Below are positions 9,614 through 19,699 of a stretch of DNA of 64,000 nt, one piece after another. The notes beneath the pieces are model-generated. The model saw nothing but the letters and a program-made list of their open reading frames with translations. It searched no databases and was not told the DNA's origin. Both the position numbers and the translations under genes were made by a program. The stretch spans positions 4,702-68,701 of the forward strand of contig JANNXA010000030.1 in NCBI GenBank assembly GCA_031409275.1. The letters run 5' to 3'. This DNA comes from Planctomycetota bacterium (GTDB lineage: Bacteria; Planctomycetota; B15-G4; SIAN01). Positions within the stretch are counted from its first letter, which is position 1. The number at the start of each line of letters is the position of its first letter.

Positions 9614-11112
9614 GAGCCCGCCTTGTCGGCAGCCAGGAACTCGCGCAGCTCGCGCGCGAGCGTCCGGCGGCTCGGCTCGTTCACGTACATCATGTGGCCA
9701 GCCGGATAGGTGCGCAGCGTCACGCGAGCGCGGTCCATCGTGCTGCATTCGACATTGCGTTCCGCGGCGAAGAAGGTCGTCGCGACGTCATAGAGCCCGC
9801 TGCCGATGAAGACGCGCAGGTCTGGATTCTCGGCCATCGCGCGCGCGAGCGTGCCCGAAACGTCGACGTAGCCGCTGAAGGCGCTCGACGCGACGGCCGG
9901 GCGCTTCCACCGGTCGCCCGCATCCGCGCTCATCACGGCGTAGTCGCGATCGACTTCGACCCCGAGCTCCTTGCGCAGGTAGTCCATGAAGGTCGCCACG
10001 TACGCGCCGCTGATGCCGGCGCTCATCGGATCCCCGCTCGGAACCTCGCCGACGGCGTCCTCTTCGGCCCCGGTGTAGCGGGTATCGAGGCGCCCCACCA
10101 CGAGGCCGCGCTCGCGCAGCAGCTCGCGGCGGAAGCGGTCGGTCGACACCTTCAGGTTCGCGCGACGGATGAAGTCAGGCGACAGCCCCGTGTAGCGATG
10201 GAGCTTCCCGACCAGCGCCTCGCGACGCGCGTCGCTGATGGCACGGCCGGCGAACAGAGCTGGCACGTACTCGTCGCTGACGAAAGCGCGCACCTCCGCC
10301 AGGAACGGCTCGAGCTCCGCGGGCTTGGGTTTCAGCGCGTCGTGGTACCACGCCGTCGCCGCGAACGTCGGCAGGACGGTCGCATACGCCGCGTCGTTCT
10401 CCTGGCCGTCGACGACTTCCATGTCGAGTGCCGGCGAGATCAGCATCACGCCGTTGAACGCGACCGAGTTCATCCCGTTCTGCAGCGCGTGCACCACCAG
10501 CGGCGCACGGATGCCGCCGTAGCTTTCGCCGAGCAGGTACTTCGGCGAGGCCCAGCGCTCGTGGTCCGTGATCCAGCGCCGGATGAAGCGGGCGACGGAA
10601 ACCGCGTCCTCGTCGACCCCCCAGTGATCGGCGACATCGCCTTTGCCCACCACGCGGCTCAGTCCGGTGCCGATCGGATCGACCATCACCAGATCGCTGC
10701 TCGCCAGCAACGAGTCCGGGTTGTCCTTCAGCACATAGGGCGGCGCCCCCGCCGACTGCGCGTCGCTTGGCACTTGCACGACCTTCGGACCGAGCAGGCC
10801 AAGGTGGAGCCAGACGGACGACGAGCCGGGACCGCCGTTGAACGCGAACGTCACCGGGCGAGTCGCGGCTGGCTCGTCGAGCGCGAGGTAGGCCACCGCG
10901 AAGAACTCGGCGACCGGCTCGCCCTTGTCGTCACGCAACAGCGTCGTTTCGGCCAGCGCGTTGTAGTCGAGCGACTTCGTCGCGAGTGCGAGCGTGTGGC
11001 GGCTCTCGAAACGAAGCGCCACGGGCTCGGCGCCGACCGGCTTCGCTTCCTGCGCCGGCAACGACGCCACGAGCGGGAACGATGGGGCCAGGAGGAGCAG
11101 CGCAACGCGCAT
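9610..11112 (-). CDS. Serine carboxypeptidase, family S10
   Basis: FAFNGGPGSSS, DPIGTGLS, catalytic GESYGG, GLYD and YPAGHMMY motifs; signal peptide. Confidence 0.93.
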   Translation of the reverse strand: MRVALLLLAPSFPLVASLPAQEAKPVGAEPVALRFESRHTLALATKSLDYNALAETTLLRDDKGEPVAEFFAVAYLALDEPAATRPVTFAFNGGPGSSSVWLHLGLLGPKVVQVPSDAQSAGAPPYVLKDNPDSLLASSDLVMVDPIGTGLSRVVGKGDVADHWGVDEDAVSVARFIRRWITDHERWASPKYLLGESYGGIRAPLVVHALQNGMNSVAFNGVMLISPALDMEVVDGQENDAAYATVLPTFAATAWYHDALKPKPAELEPFLAEVRAFVSDEYVPALFAGRAISDARREALVGKLHRYTGLSPDFIRRANLKVSTDRFRRELLRERGLVVGRLDTRYTGAEEDAVGEVPSGDPMSAGISGAYVATFMDYLRKELGVEVDRDYAVMSADAGDRWKRPAVASSAFSGYVDVSGTLARAMAENPDLRVFIGSGLYDVATTFFAAERNVECSTMDRARVTLRTYPAGHMMYVNEPSRRTLARELREFLAADKAGS

Positions 11113-11205
11113 GGAAGGACCTCGCAAAAGGACAAGGGGTGGGCCCCGGATCGAATCGCGTCGCCGTCATACGACCTCGGCGCGCGAGCGGTGCCCGCCG
11201 ATCCC

Positions 11206-11826
11206 TCACCACTCCACCACGACGGGGGCGTGGCTCGGCCGATCGCGGGCATCGCAAGTCGAGGCGTTCACGAAGGTGGTGCCGTCGCGATCGATGCGCC
11301 CATGGCTCTCGTGGATGTGGCCGAACACATGGAGGCGCGGACGCACGCGCGCCACCGCCAGCGCGAGTTCCTCGCAACCCACCGGCTCGCCACGCCAGGT
11401 CGCGTCGAGCGTCCCTTTCGGCGGGCCATGGGTGACCAGGACGTCGATGCCGGCCGGGATCAGCTCCCACTTCGCGCGCAGCGGCGCACCGCGATCGAGG
11501 TTGAACGCCCAACGGAAGAAGCGCGGCTGCCAGGGGCTGCCCCAGACGCGCACTCCCTCGATCGTCGCCTCGCCATCCTCGAGGTAGGTCGCGTTCGTGA
11601 GCAACTCGCGCGCGAGCGCGGGCTCGCGCTCGAAGAGCCAGTCGTGGTTTCCGGCGATCACCACTTTGTGGCGATGAGGTTGGCGCCCGAGCCACGCGTT
11701 GAACTCGGTGATCTCTGACACCGTCCCCATGCTGGTCGAATCGCCCGCGTGGACGAGGAGGTCGCCATCGGGAAGCGTCAGGCGCCCGTGCCGGCAGTGC
11801 GTATCGCTGATCAGCACCAATCGCAC
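11206..11826 (-). CDS. Metallophosphoesterase (calcineurin-like, MPPED-type)
   Basis: ISDTH, HAGD, IAGNHD, THGPP and FGHIHE motifs. Confidence 0.93.
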   Translation of the reverse strand: MRLVLISDTHCRHGRLTLPDGDLLVHAGDSTSMGTVSEITEFNAWLGRQPHRHKVVIAGNHDWLFEREPALARELLTNATYLEDGEATIEGVRVWGSPWQPRFFRWAFNLDRGAPLRAKWELIPAGIDVLVTHGPPKGTLDATWRGEPVGCEELALAVARVRPRLHVFGHIHESHGRIDRDGTTFVNASTCDARDRPSHAPVVVEW

Positions 11827-11896
11827 GGGCGCCCGCCTCCTCTCAGAGCACGCGCAACGACGAACGCGTCGCGCAGAGACCGACCGAGAGAGGCTC

Positions 11897-12400
11897 TCAG
11901 GCGTTGCGGAACTGCGCGATGTCGCCCGGGCGGCGCAGCATCTTGTCGACCTCGCCTTGGTGCATCTCCTCGGTCATCAACATCTGCCGGCAATACTCCT
12001 CCAGCATCACCGACTTGCCCTCGACCAACGCCAGCAGCTTCTCATAGAGGACGAACGTCGCGCGCTCGTGGTCGAGCGACTCGCGCAGGATGTCGCTGAT
12101 CTCGTGCTGCTCCGTCTCGAGCAGGGGACCGATGCCGAGCGACGGGTGCGCGCCCAGATGGGTCACGTACTCGCCTGCCTGCTGCGCGTGAGTCATCGAT
12201 TCCTGCGCCTGCGCGCGCAGCCAACTGACGATCGGGATGCGGTGGAAGCCGTAGACCATCAGCGAGTAGTGCGTGTAACGAACAGCTCCGGCGAGCTCCA
12301 TCTCGAGGATGTGGTTCAACACCTCGACGACGGCCTTCACATCAAACGAGCTCTTCGTCGGTGCGCGGCTCGGGGCGCTGGCGGTACGGGGCTTGGCCAT
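11897..12400 (-). CDS. Ferritin-like protein / bacterioferritin
   Basis: Four-helix di-iron pattern: EMELAG..RY, ESMTHA, HE, EEMH. AGGAG RBS upstream. Confidence 0.8.
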   Translation of the reverse strand: MAKPRTASAPSRAPTKSSFDVKAVVEVLNHILEMELAGAVRYTHYSLMVYGFHRIPIVSWLRAQAQESMTHAQQAGEYVTHLGAHPSLGIGPLLETEQHEISDILRESLDHERATFVLYEKLLALVEGKSVMLEEYCRQMLMTEEMHQGEVDKMLRRPGDIAQFRNA

Positions 12401-12705
12401 GGCGATCGCTGATCTCCTGGGGGGCGGGAATGATCGGCGCAGGATAAGAGCGCCGAACAGAATCGACGCGTCGCGCCGAGACCGAGCGAGGCCGCCCAGG
12501 ACGAGGAGGCCGAAGCAGGCGACTCTGAAGATTCGCCGATGGAGGTCGACGAAGTCCTGGGGGGCCGCAGCCGGTCGAACGCAGCGGGCATTCTGTCAGG
12601 CGCTCGATGCAGTCGAACCATCGCAAACGCCAGCCGCGTGGCAGCGTACGCTGCTGCGCATCGATCGGCCGGGCTTCGAACGCCCAGGACAACGGAGGAT
12701 GCACG

Positions 12706-14016
12706 ATGCTCGCCTGGACCACGCTCTTGCTGCTCGGCAACGGCTCCGACCTGTTGCCACCCGTCCTACTTGAAGCGGACGGGAAGCCGATCGACGCCGA
12801 GCAGATCGGCCATGCCGCGCCGTTCTTCGGCGACTTCGACGACGACGGCATCAACGACCTGCTGGTCGGCCAGTTCGCCGGTGGCATCGTCCGCATCTAC
12901 AAGAACCTCGGCACCAACCAGGCGCCGAAGCTCGCAGCCGGCGTGACGTTCCAAGATGGCCGCCCTGAAGGCGTCGTCCCAACGGGCTGATGCGTCGGCT
13001 TTGGTCCCCAGTTGGTGGACCTCGATCACGACGGCAACCTCGATCTCCTCTCCGGCTCCTGGCCGGGCGAGCTCTTCTTCTTCGCGCGCCAGCCCGACCT
13101 CAGCTTTGCGCCGCCGGAGATGCTGAAGCACCACGACGGCGAGTTCATCTGCATCGGCGGCGGCGTCAGCGACAAGCCCGATCAGCTGTTGGTCACCGGC
13201 AACGCGGAGTTCGTCACCGAAGGGACCGGCATGGTCCTCAAGTACCACGGCAAGACGCTGCACCCGAAACCAGGGCAGTCGCTGGCCACCACCGGCACTG
13301 CGGCGTCGGTCTTCGCCGTCGACTGGGACGCGGATGGTGATCACGACCTGCTGGTCGGCGACATCGGCGGCAGCGTCTGGCTCGTGCGCAACAACGGAAC
13401 TCCGACGGCATGGAAGTTCTCCGAAGCGATCGCCGTGCACGCAGGCGGCGAGGCGCTCCGCGTGGAAGGCGATGCGGGGCCCCACTGCGCCGACTGGGAT
13501 GGCGACGGCGACTTCGACCTGCTCGTCGGCGATGGCTCCGGCAAGGTCTCGTGGTTCCGCAACGACGGCACCGCCAGCGAGCCGAAGCTGGCCGCGGCGC
13601 AGGAGCTGGTCGGCGAAGGCAACCCGGGCTACGGCGACGACGCGCCGACGACTCCCACCCGCGGCGGACGCGCCAAGGTCTGCACCGCCGACTGGAACGG
13701 CGACGGTCAGCTCGACCTGCTGCTCGGCGACTACGGCAACCTGAAACCGCCACCGCAACCCGTCACGCCGGAACAGGCGAAGCGCCACGCGGCGTTGCGC
13801 GAAGAACTCGCGACGCTCGAAACGGAGTTCAACCCGTTGGCCTACTCCCCGCCGCCCGCCAACGAGAGTGACGCCGCGAAGCAGCAGCGCGTGGCACGCA
13901 TCAGCGAGCTGCAGATTCGCGTCCTCGCCATCCGCAACCAGCTCCCTCGCGAAACCGAGTCGCACGGCTGGGTCTGGCTCTTCCTGCGCGCACCAAAGGC
14001 CGCCCGCGGCGAATGA
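12706..14016 (+). CDS. Secreted FG-GAP/VCBS repeat beta-propeller, putative selenoprotein (in-frame UGA at 12988-12990, ~436 aa)
   Basis: GGAGG RBS and hydrophobic N-terminus. ORFs 12607-12990 and 13012-14016 share a frame. Readthrough GVVPTG-U-CVGFGPQLVDLDHDG restores a regular FG-GAP repeat; five D[FWL][DN]xDG repeats in total. Confidence 0.8.
13003..13021 (+). promoter_or_regulatory. Putative bacterial SECIS element
   Basis: UGA, then 12 nt, then GGUCC-CCA-GU-UGG-U-GGACC: a hairpin with apical GU and a bulged U. Confidence 0.65.
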
Positions 14017-14020
14017 GCGG

Positions 14021-14995
14021 GTGATCCGCAGCCTCGGCCACCTCCTCGAAATCGGCGCGGCGGTCGCGGTGCTTTGCACTGCCGCCTGTCGTACCGAGCC
14101 GTCGCCGTCGCCGGCCCGGACGCCGGCCCCGCGCGCCCCGAGCGAATGGCTGCAGCGCGCGATCGAGCAACGAGTCGACTCGCTCGACGGGGTGGCGGGC
14201 TGCTTCGTGGCGCGCCTCGGTGACGGTGGCGTCATCGAGCCGATCGTCGCGCTTCGAGCCGACGAGCTCTTCCCGGCAGCGAGCCTGATCAAGGTCCCGA
14301 TCCTGATCGCGCTCTTCGAGCGGATCGAGCGCGGCGAGCTCGCCTTTCGCCAGCAACTGCGCTTCGACGCCACGCGCGCGACCGACGACGGCGACGATCT
14401 GCTCGCCCGCTTCGCGGACGGCGAGACGATCGACGTCGCGCACCTCGTCGCGCTGATGTGCACCTTCAGCGACAACTCGGCGAGCCTCTGGCTGCAGGAG
14501 CTGGCCGGCGGCGGAATGGCCATCAACGGCTGGCTGGCGACGCACGGCTTCGAGCAGACCCGAGTCAACTCGCGCACCGCGGGCCGCGAAGCGGAACAGC
14601 AGGAGTGGGGCTGGGGACAGACGACCCCGCGCGAGGTGGCGCGACTCCTCGCCTGCATCCGCGCGCGCCGCGCCGTTTCCATGGCGGCGGACCTCGAGAT
14701 GGAGCGCGCCTTGTCGCGCAGCTTCTGGACGGGCGAGGCGCTCTCCGTATTGCCGCCGCAGGTGCACGCACTATCGAAGCAGGGCGCCGTGAACCGCTCG
14801 CGCTCCGAGGTGCTCCTCGTCGACGCGCGAAGCGGCCCCTACCTCTTCTGCGCGATCACCAAGGCGCAGGCCGACACGAGCTGGACGCACGAGAACGCCG
14901 GTTTCGAGCTGTTGCGCGACCTTTCAGCGCTGACGTGGCGCTGGTTCGAACCCGACACGCCGCAAGTCCCGGTCGGCGATCGACGATTCGAGTAG
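14021..14995 (+). CDS. Class A beta-lactamase-like serine hydrolase (lipoprotein)
   Basis: ASLIK (SxxK), SDN, TTPRE and KQG motifs; TAAC lipobox. Confidence 0.85.
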   Translation: MIRSLGHLLEIGAAVAVLCTAACRTEPSPSPARTPAPRAPSEWLQRAIEQRVDSLDGVAGCFVARLGDGGVIEPIVALRADELFPAASLIKVPILIALFERIERGELAFRQQLRFDATRATDDGDDLLARFADGETIDVAHLVALMCTFSDNSASLWLQELAGGGMAINGWLATHGFEQTRVNSRTAGREAEQQEWGWGQTTPREVARLLACIRARRAVSMAADLEMERALSRSFWTGEALSVLPPQVHALSKQGAVNRSRSEVLLVDARSGPYLFCAITKAQADTSWTHENAGFELLRDLSALTWRWFEPDTPQVPVGDRRFE

Positions 14996-15028
14996 GCCGA
15001 GCCGCCGCGGCGCGCGTGGCGGCGCCGC

Positions 15029-15949
15029 CTACTCGTCGTCTTCGTCTTCGCTGTCGGCGAACAGCGGCCCGAGCGCGATGGCCGCGGCGACGATGGCGGC
15101 GGAGCGGTAGACCGGCTCGAGCGCGGCGGTCAACGAATCGCTGCCGCGCCAGAACGGGAACGGACCGAGGCGACGCAGCAGCGCGCCCGGCTGCGACGGG
15201 ATCGCGTTGGCGCCGCCGGGAAGCGGCGGCAGCTCGGCGCCCAGCCAATAGGCGGCGGGATCACTCGCCGGGACGGGATGGTTCTCCGGCGGTGGTGGCG
15301 GCGGCAATGGCGCGGGGGCCTCGCCGCGCGCCGCTTCACCCGCTGCACCCAGCCGCGTGATCAGCTCCTTGCGCGCCATTCCGCGCAACGCCAGCAGCAG
15401 CAGCGGATCGCGCTCGAGCTCGGCGGCGAAGACGCAGCAGGTGGCCGCGGCGTGACGGCACGGCTGCTCCGGCTCGTCGCAATCGCACTGCACCGTCCAC
15501 TCGCTGCGCTCTTCCGGCAGCAGCACGGCACCGACGGCAGCGAAGGCGTTCTCGAACTCGCCCGGCAGCTCGCCCGCCAGCAGCTTCGCGGCGACGAACG
15601 TCGGTTGCACCAGGCTCGCCAGCGCGGCGTCGATCTTCGCCGGCGCGATCGGCTCGACCGTGATCACGACATCGTGCGTCGCCTTCACGATTCCCTGGAC
15701 CGACGCGATCAGCTTGCCGGTCTCGACATCGAGCGTGCGCACGAGGCCGTGGCGCGCATCGCCGCGGCCGCGCGCCAGGCGCAGCCCGAAGCCGAAATGC
15801 TCCACCACTTCGAGGAAGCGGCGCGCCCACTCGCTGCGCGCCGAACGGGCGGTGCGAACTTCGGACTTGAGCCCGCCGGCGGCCGCGCGCGGTCGCGCGC
15901 CGCGGAAGCCGCTTGGGTCGGGGTCGCGATACCAGCGTCCGCGCTTCAT
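15029..15949 (-). CDS. SWIM zinc-finger protein
   Basis: RLARGR, CDC...PCRHAAA and DPLLLLALRG motifs; ATGA-coupled to the SNF2 gene. Confidence 0.88.
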   Translation of the reverse strand: MKRGRWYRDPDPSGFRGARPRAAAGGLKSEVRTARSARSEWARRFLEVVEHFGFGLRLARGRGDARHGLVRTLDVETGKLIASVQGIVKATHDVVITVEPIAPAKIDAALASLVQPTFVAAKLLAGELPGEFENAFAAVGAVLLPEERSEWTVQCDCDEPEQPCRHAAATCCVFAAELERDPLLLLALRGMARKELITRLGAAGEAARGEAPAPLPPPPPPENHPVPASDPAAYWLGAELPPLPGGANAIPSQPGALLRRLGPFPFWRGSDSLTAALEPVYRSAAIVAAAIALGPLFADSEDEDDE

Positions 15950-18900
15950 TCGGCCACCGCCTCTTCGTCGAGCATGACCAGCTCGCGCAGCTGCTCGGTC
16001 GACAGCTCGGTGAGCCACTGCTCGCCGCTGCCGACCACGCGCTCCGCGACCTCTTTCTTGCGCGCCAGCAGCGTGTCGATGCGCTCCTCGAGCGTGCCGG
16101 CGCAAACCAGCAAGTGGACCTGCAGCTGGCGGGTCTGGCCGATGCGATGGGCGCGGTCGGTCGCCTGCGCCTCGACCGCCGGGTTCCACCAGCGATCGAA
16201 GTGGAAGACGTGCGAAGCGCGCGTCAGGTTCAACCCGGTGCCGCCCGCCTTCAGCGACAGGACGAAGATCGGCGGACCGTCGGGCGCTTCCTGGAAACGG
16301 TCGACCAGCTCCTGACGTTGGGCGCGCGGCGTGCCGCCATGGAGGAAGGCGACTTCGCGACCGAGCTCGTAGGCGAAGTGGCGCTGCAGCAGATCGCCCA
16401 TCTCGCGGTACTGCGTGAAGACGAGCGCGCGGTCGCCGACTTCGACGATCTCGGCCAGCATCTCGGTGGCGCGGTCGAGCTTGCCGCTGCGGCCCGGAAG
16501 CGGCGTTCCGTCGCCGAGCAGATGGGCCGGATGGTTGCACACCTGCTTCAGCTTGGTGAGGCCGGCCAGGATGAAGCCGCGCCGCTCGATGCCGACGGCT
16601 CCGCGCAGCCGTTCGGTCATCTCGTTGACGACCGCGGCGTAGAGCGTCGCCTGCTCGCGCGTGAGGTTGCAGATGACCTTGTGCTCGAGCTTGCTCGGCA
16701 GGTCGGGCAGGATCGCCGGATCGCTCTTCAGGCGGCGCAGGATGAACGGTCCGGTGCGTCGCTTGAGCCGCGCCAGCGCCGATTCGTCGCGACCGACGCG
16801 GATCGGCATCAGGAACTCGCGATGGAACTGCTCGCGCGCCGGCAGCAGCTCCGGGCTCAGGAACTGGAAGAGCGACCAGAGGTCGCCGACGTGGTTCTCG
16901 ACCGGCGTGCCGGTCATCACGATGCGCCAATCGGACGGCAGCCGGCGTGCGGCGCGCGCCTGCTTGGTGTCGGGGTTCTTGATGTTCTGCGCTTCGTCGA
17001 GGATCACGCCGGCCCAGGGCACCGCGGCCAGCGCCTCGCCGTCGCGCGACAGCAGCGAATACGTGGTGACCACCAGCGCGTGCTGCTGCGCCGAACGGGT
17101 GAACTCGGCGTCACGCTGGCGCTCGAGACCGTGGTGCACCATCACGGTGAGGCCCGGCGTGAAGCGCGACGCCTCGCGCTGCCAGTTGCCGACCAGCGAG
17201 GTCGGGCAGACCAGCAGCACCGGCCGCTTCTCGCCCGAGTTGCGCTCGTCCGCCAGCAGCGCCAGCGCCTGGATCGTCTTGCCCAAGCCCATGTCGTCGG
17301 CGAGGCAGGCCGGCAGCCCGAAGCGCCGCAGGAACTTGAGCCACGACCAGCCGCGGCGCTGATAGGGACGCAACTCGCCGACGAAGCCGACCGGCTCCGG
17401 CAGCTCGGCGAAGCTCTCCTTGCCGCGCAGCCCATCGAACAGCTCGCCGAACAGGCCGCCGCCTTCGATGGCCGCCACGGGCAGCGGCGCGTTCTCGCCG
17501 CTGTCGATGCCGAGCGAAAGATGGATCAGGTCCTTCACCTTCGCCGTGGTCGAACTCTGCTTCTTCCAGCGATCGAGCGCGTTCTGCAGCTGCGTCGGGT
17601 CGAGCTCGACCCACTGCCCGCGCAACTTCACCAGGGGCTGCTTCAACTTCGCGAGCGCCTGCAGTTCGGCCGGCGAGAAGGCCTGGTCGCCCAGCGCGAT
17701 CTCCCAGTCGACGGTCACCACGTCGTTGAGCGTCAACGCGCCGCTGCTGGCGCCGAACCCCGCGCGCAACTTGCCGCGCGCCACGAGCGGCTGCTTGCCG
17801 ACGCGGCGCAACCACCACGCGGGGAGCAGTACCGCGAAGCCCGCCTGCTCCAGTGCGAGCGCGTCGCGCGTCAGGAACAGGTGCGCCTGATCGAGGGTCA
17901 GCGGCAGCTCGCCGCGCGGATCGGCGCCCACGGCTGACGAGAGGATCGGGGAGACGCTCGCCGCCTGGCCGAGCCCGACCAGCGCCAGCTCGCGCAAGGC
18001 GACGCCGCCGCGCCGCAGCGCCGCGCCACCGCGCCCGGCCAGCGCTTCGCCGAGCGGCACCAACAAGCTCGGATCCTCGGTCGCGCGCAACAGGCAGCAG
18101 AGCTTCCAGGTCGGGCCGTCGCCCTCCGGCTCCTCGAGTCGGAAGACCACCCGCACCGGCGCGTCACTCGACAATTGCAGCGGCCGCTGCCAGCCAGCGA
18201 CTTCCTGCACGAGCGGATCGCCGTCGTCGCGCAGGACCTTCACCAGCGGCTCGAATCCCAGCAACGCGCGAATCCAGGCGTCGTGCTGCGAGCGGACCGC
18301 GCGAGTGGGGCCGAAGCCTAGCTGGCGCGCCTCGTTGGCGCCCATCCGGACCAGCGTGTCGAGCGCCTCGGCGACGAAACGCTTGGTCAGCGCGCGCGTG
18401 TCGCCGCGCGGCGCTTCCTTTTCGTCGGAGGGCGCCAGTGCGCGCGCAACGGAGGGCATCGCCGCGGCCAGCGCGGCGACCAGCGCGTGCTCTTCATCGC
18501 GCAGCACGGGCTGCCAGCGCGATTTCACGGTCGCCTCATCGCCTTCGGCGCCGGGCACGAAGCGTCCATCGAGCACCAATCGCGCGACGAAGCGCAGGGC
18601 GTGCGCGAAGAAGCGGACGTCGGCCGACATGCCGCTCGCTGCCGGATCCTCGTCTTCGCTGCGATCGAGTTCGGCGGCGATCTTCGCCAGCAATTCGACG
18701 GCAGCCCGCCATCCCAGCGCCAGTACCGGAACCGTGTGGGGTTGGAGCGTGAGTTCGTGGTGCTCGCCCGAAAGGCGAAGCCGGGCACGTTCGGCGAGCA
18801 GCGGCCCATCGGGCCCGGTCGGCAACCAGAGCGTCGCCTCAGCGGCAGTGGCTCGTTCGGCCGCTTTTCCTGGGAGCAACGCCGTCAGCCCTGCACGCAG

Positions 18901-19026
18901 CGCATCGTGGTCCACGGGAGCGAACTGCGCCGTCGATTTGCCACCCTGTGCGGTCGTAGTGCCGGGAGTGGAAGCCTCGCCCCACCAAGCGAGTCCGTCG
19001 TTCAAGAAGGCGATATGGTGCGGCAT
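15946..19026 (-). CDS. SNF2-family (SF2) helicase
   Basis: LRPYQ, LADDMGLGKT, DEAQ, TGTPVENH, SLKAGGTGLNLT and QATDRAHRIGQ motifs. Confidence 0.95.
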   Translation of the reverse strand: MPHHIAFLNDGLAWWGEASTPGTTTAQGGKSTAQFAPVDHDALRAGLTALLPGKAAERATAAEATLWLPTGPDGPLLAERARLRLSGEHHELTLQPHTVPVLALGWRAAVELLAKIAAELDRSEDEDPAASGMSADVRFFAHALRFVARLVLDGRFVPGAEGDEATVKSRWQPVLRDEEHALVAALAAAMPSVARALAPSDEKEAPRGDTRALTKRFVAEALDTLVRMGANEARQLGFGPTRAVRSQHDAWIRALLGFEPLVKVLRDDGDPLVQEVAGWQRPLQLSSDAPVRVVFRLEEPEGDGPTWKLCCLLRATEDPSLLVPLGEALAGRGGAALRRGGVALRELALVGLGQAASVSPILSSAVGADPRGELPLTLDQAHLFLTRDALALEQAGFAVLLPAWWLRRVGKQPLVARGKLRAGFGASSGALTLNDVVTVDWEIALGDQAFSPAELQALAKLKQPLVKLRGQWVELDPTQLQNALDRWKKQSSTTAKVKDLIHLSLGIDSGENAPLPVAAIEGGGLFGELFDGLRGKESFAELPEPVGFVGELRPYQRRGWSWLKFLRRFGLPACLADDMGLGKTIQALALLADERNSGEKRPVLLVCPTSLVGNWQREASRFTPGLTVMVHHGLERQRDAEFTRSAQQHALVVTTYSLLSRDGEALAAVPWAGVILDEAQNIKNPDTKQARAARRLPSDWRIVMTGTPVENHVGDLWSLFQFLSPELLPAREQFHREFLMPIRVGRDESALARLKRRTGPFILRRLKSDPAILPDLPSKLEHKVICNLTREQATLYAAVVNEMTERLRGAVGIERRGFILAGLTKLKQVCNHPAHLLGDGTPLPGRSGKLDRATEMLAEIVEVGDRALVFTQYREMGDLLQRHFAYELGREVAFLHGGTPRAQRQELVDRFQEAPDGPPIFVLSLKAGGTGLNLTRASHVFHFDRWWNPAVEAQATDRAHRIGQTRQLQVHLLVCAGTLEERIDTLLARKKEVAERVVGSGEQWLTELSTEQLRELVMLDEEAVAE

Positions 19027-19231
19027 CCGTACCCGATATGTTCGGAAAAGGCTCTCAACACCCCCGGGGGAACGGCGCATTGTCGTCGCTTGTTGCTTGC
19101 GGCTCAAGCAGCGAGTCGAGTTCCCGGGGAGAAGCGCCTCAAATCGGGGTCGCCAGAGGCGAGGTGCAACGGCTAAAGCGGCGGCGAGCTTCGAACTTCA
19201 GTGCCGTTCTCCGATGGGAGCCCTCCTCGTG

Positions 19232-19699
19232 ATGCCGAGCCGATTCACTCCGATGGTGTGCGCCACCCTTTTTGCGGCCGGCGGTTGTCACGCTCCCGAC
19301 CGCGCGCCGGCGACCGCGGTCGCAGCCGCCCCGACCGTCGCTTCGCAGCTGTTCCGGATGGCCGACACGAAGACCACGACGCTGCCCGTCGCGACGCTGC
19401 ACTTCGCTCTGGAGAACGCGGCGACCCGCAGCCTGCGCGACCTGCTCGTTGGCTCCGTCGTGCTGCAGCCTGGCCAGCAACTGCACCCGCCGCATCAGCA
19501 TGCGGAGGAGGAGTTCCTCTACCTTGTTTCGGGCAGCGGTCGCTGGAGCCTCGAAGGGCGCGAGTTCCCAGCTCAGACCGGAGACCTGCTCTATCTCGAG
19601 CCATGGGCCATGCACGGCATCACCAACACGGGCAGCGAGCCGCTCACCTTCTTCGTCCTCAAGTGGAACGGCAACGGGCAGGAGGTGCCGACCCATTGA
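19232..19699 (+). CDS. Cupin-domain (lipo)protein
   Basis: PHQHAEEEFLY...GDLLY...HGITNTG motif; AGGC lipobox. Start uncertain (19214 or 19232). Confidence 0.85.
   Translation: MPSRFTPMVCATLFAAGGCHAPDRAPATAVAAAPTVASQLFRMADTKTTTLPVATLHFALENAATRSLRDLLVGSVVLQPGQQLHPPHQHAEEEFLYLVSGSGRWSLEGREFPAQTGDLLYLEPWAMHGITNTGSEPLTFFVLKWNGNGQEVPTH

Noticed and set aside
14021-14995. Clinically relevant beta-lactam resistance gene
   Set aside because: Divergent class A-like hydrolase (KQG, no clear omega-loop motif) with no mobile context; activity cannot be inferred from sequence.
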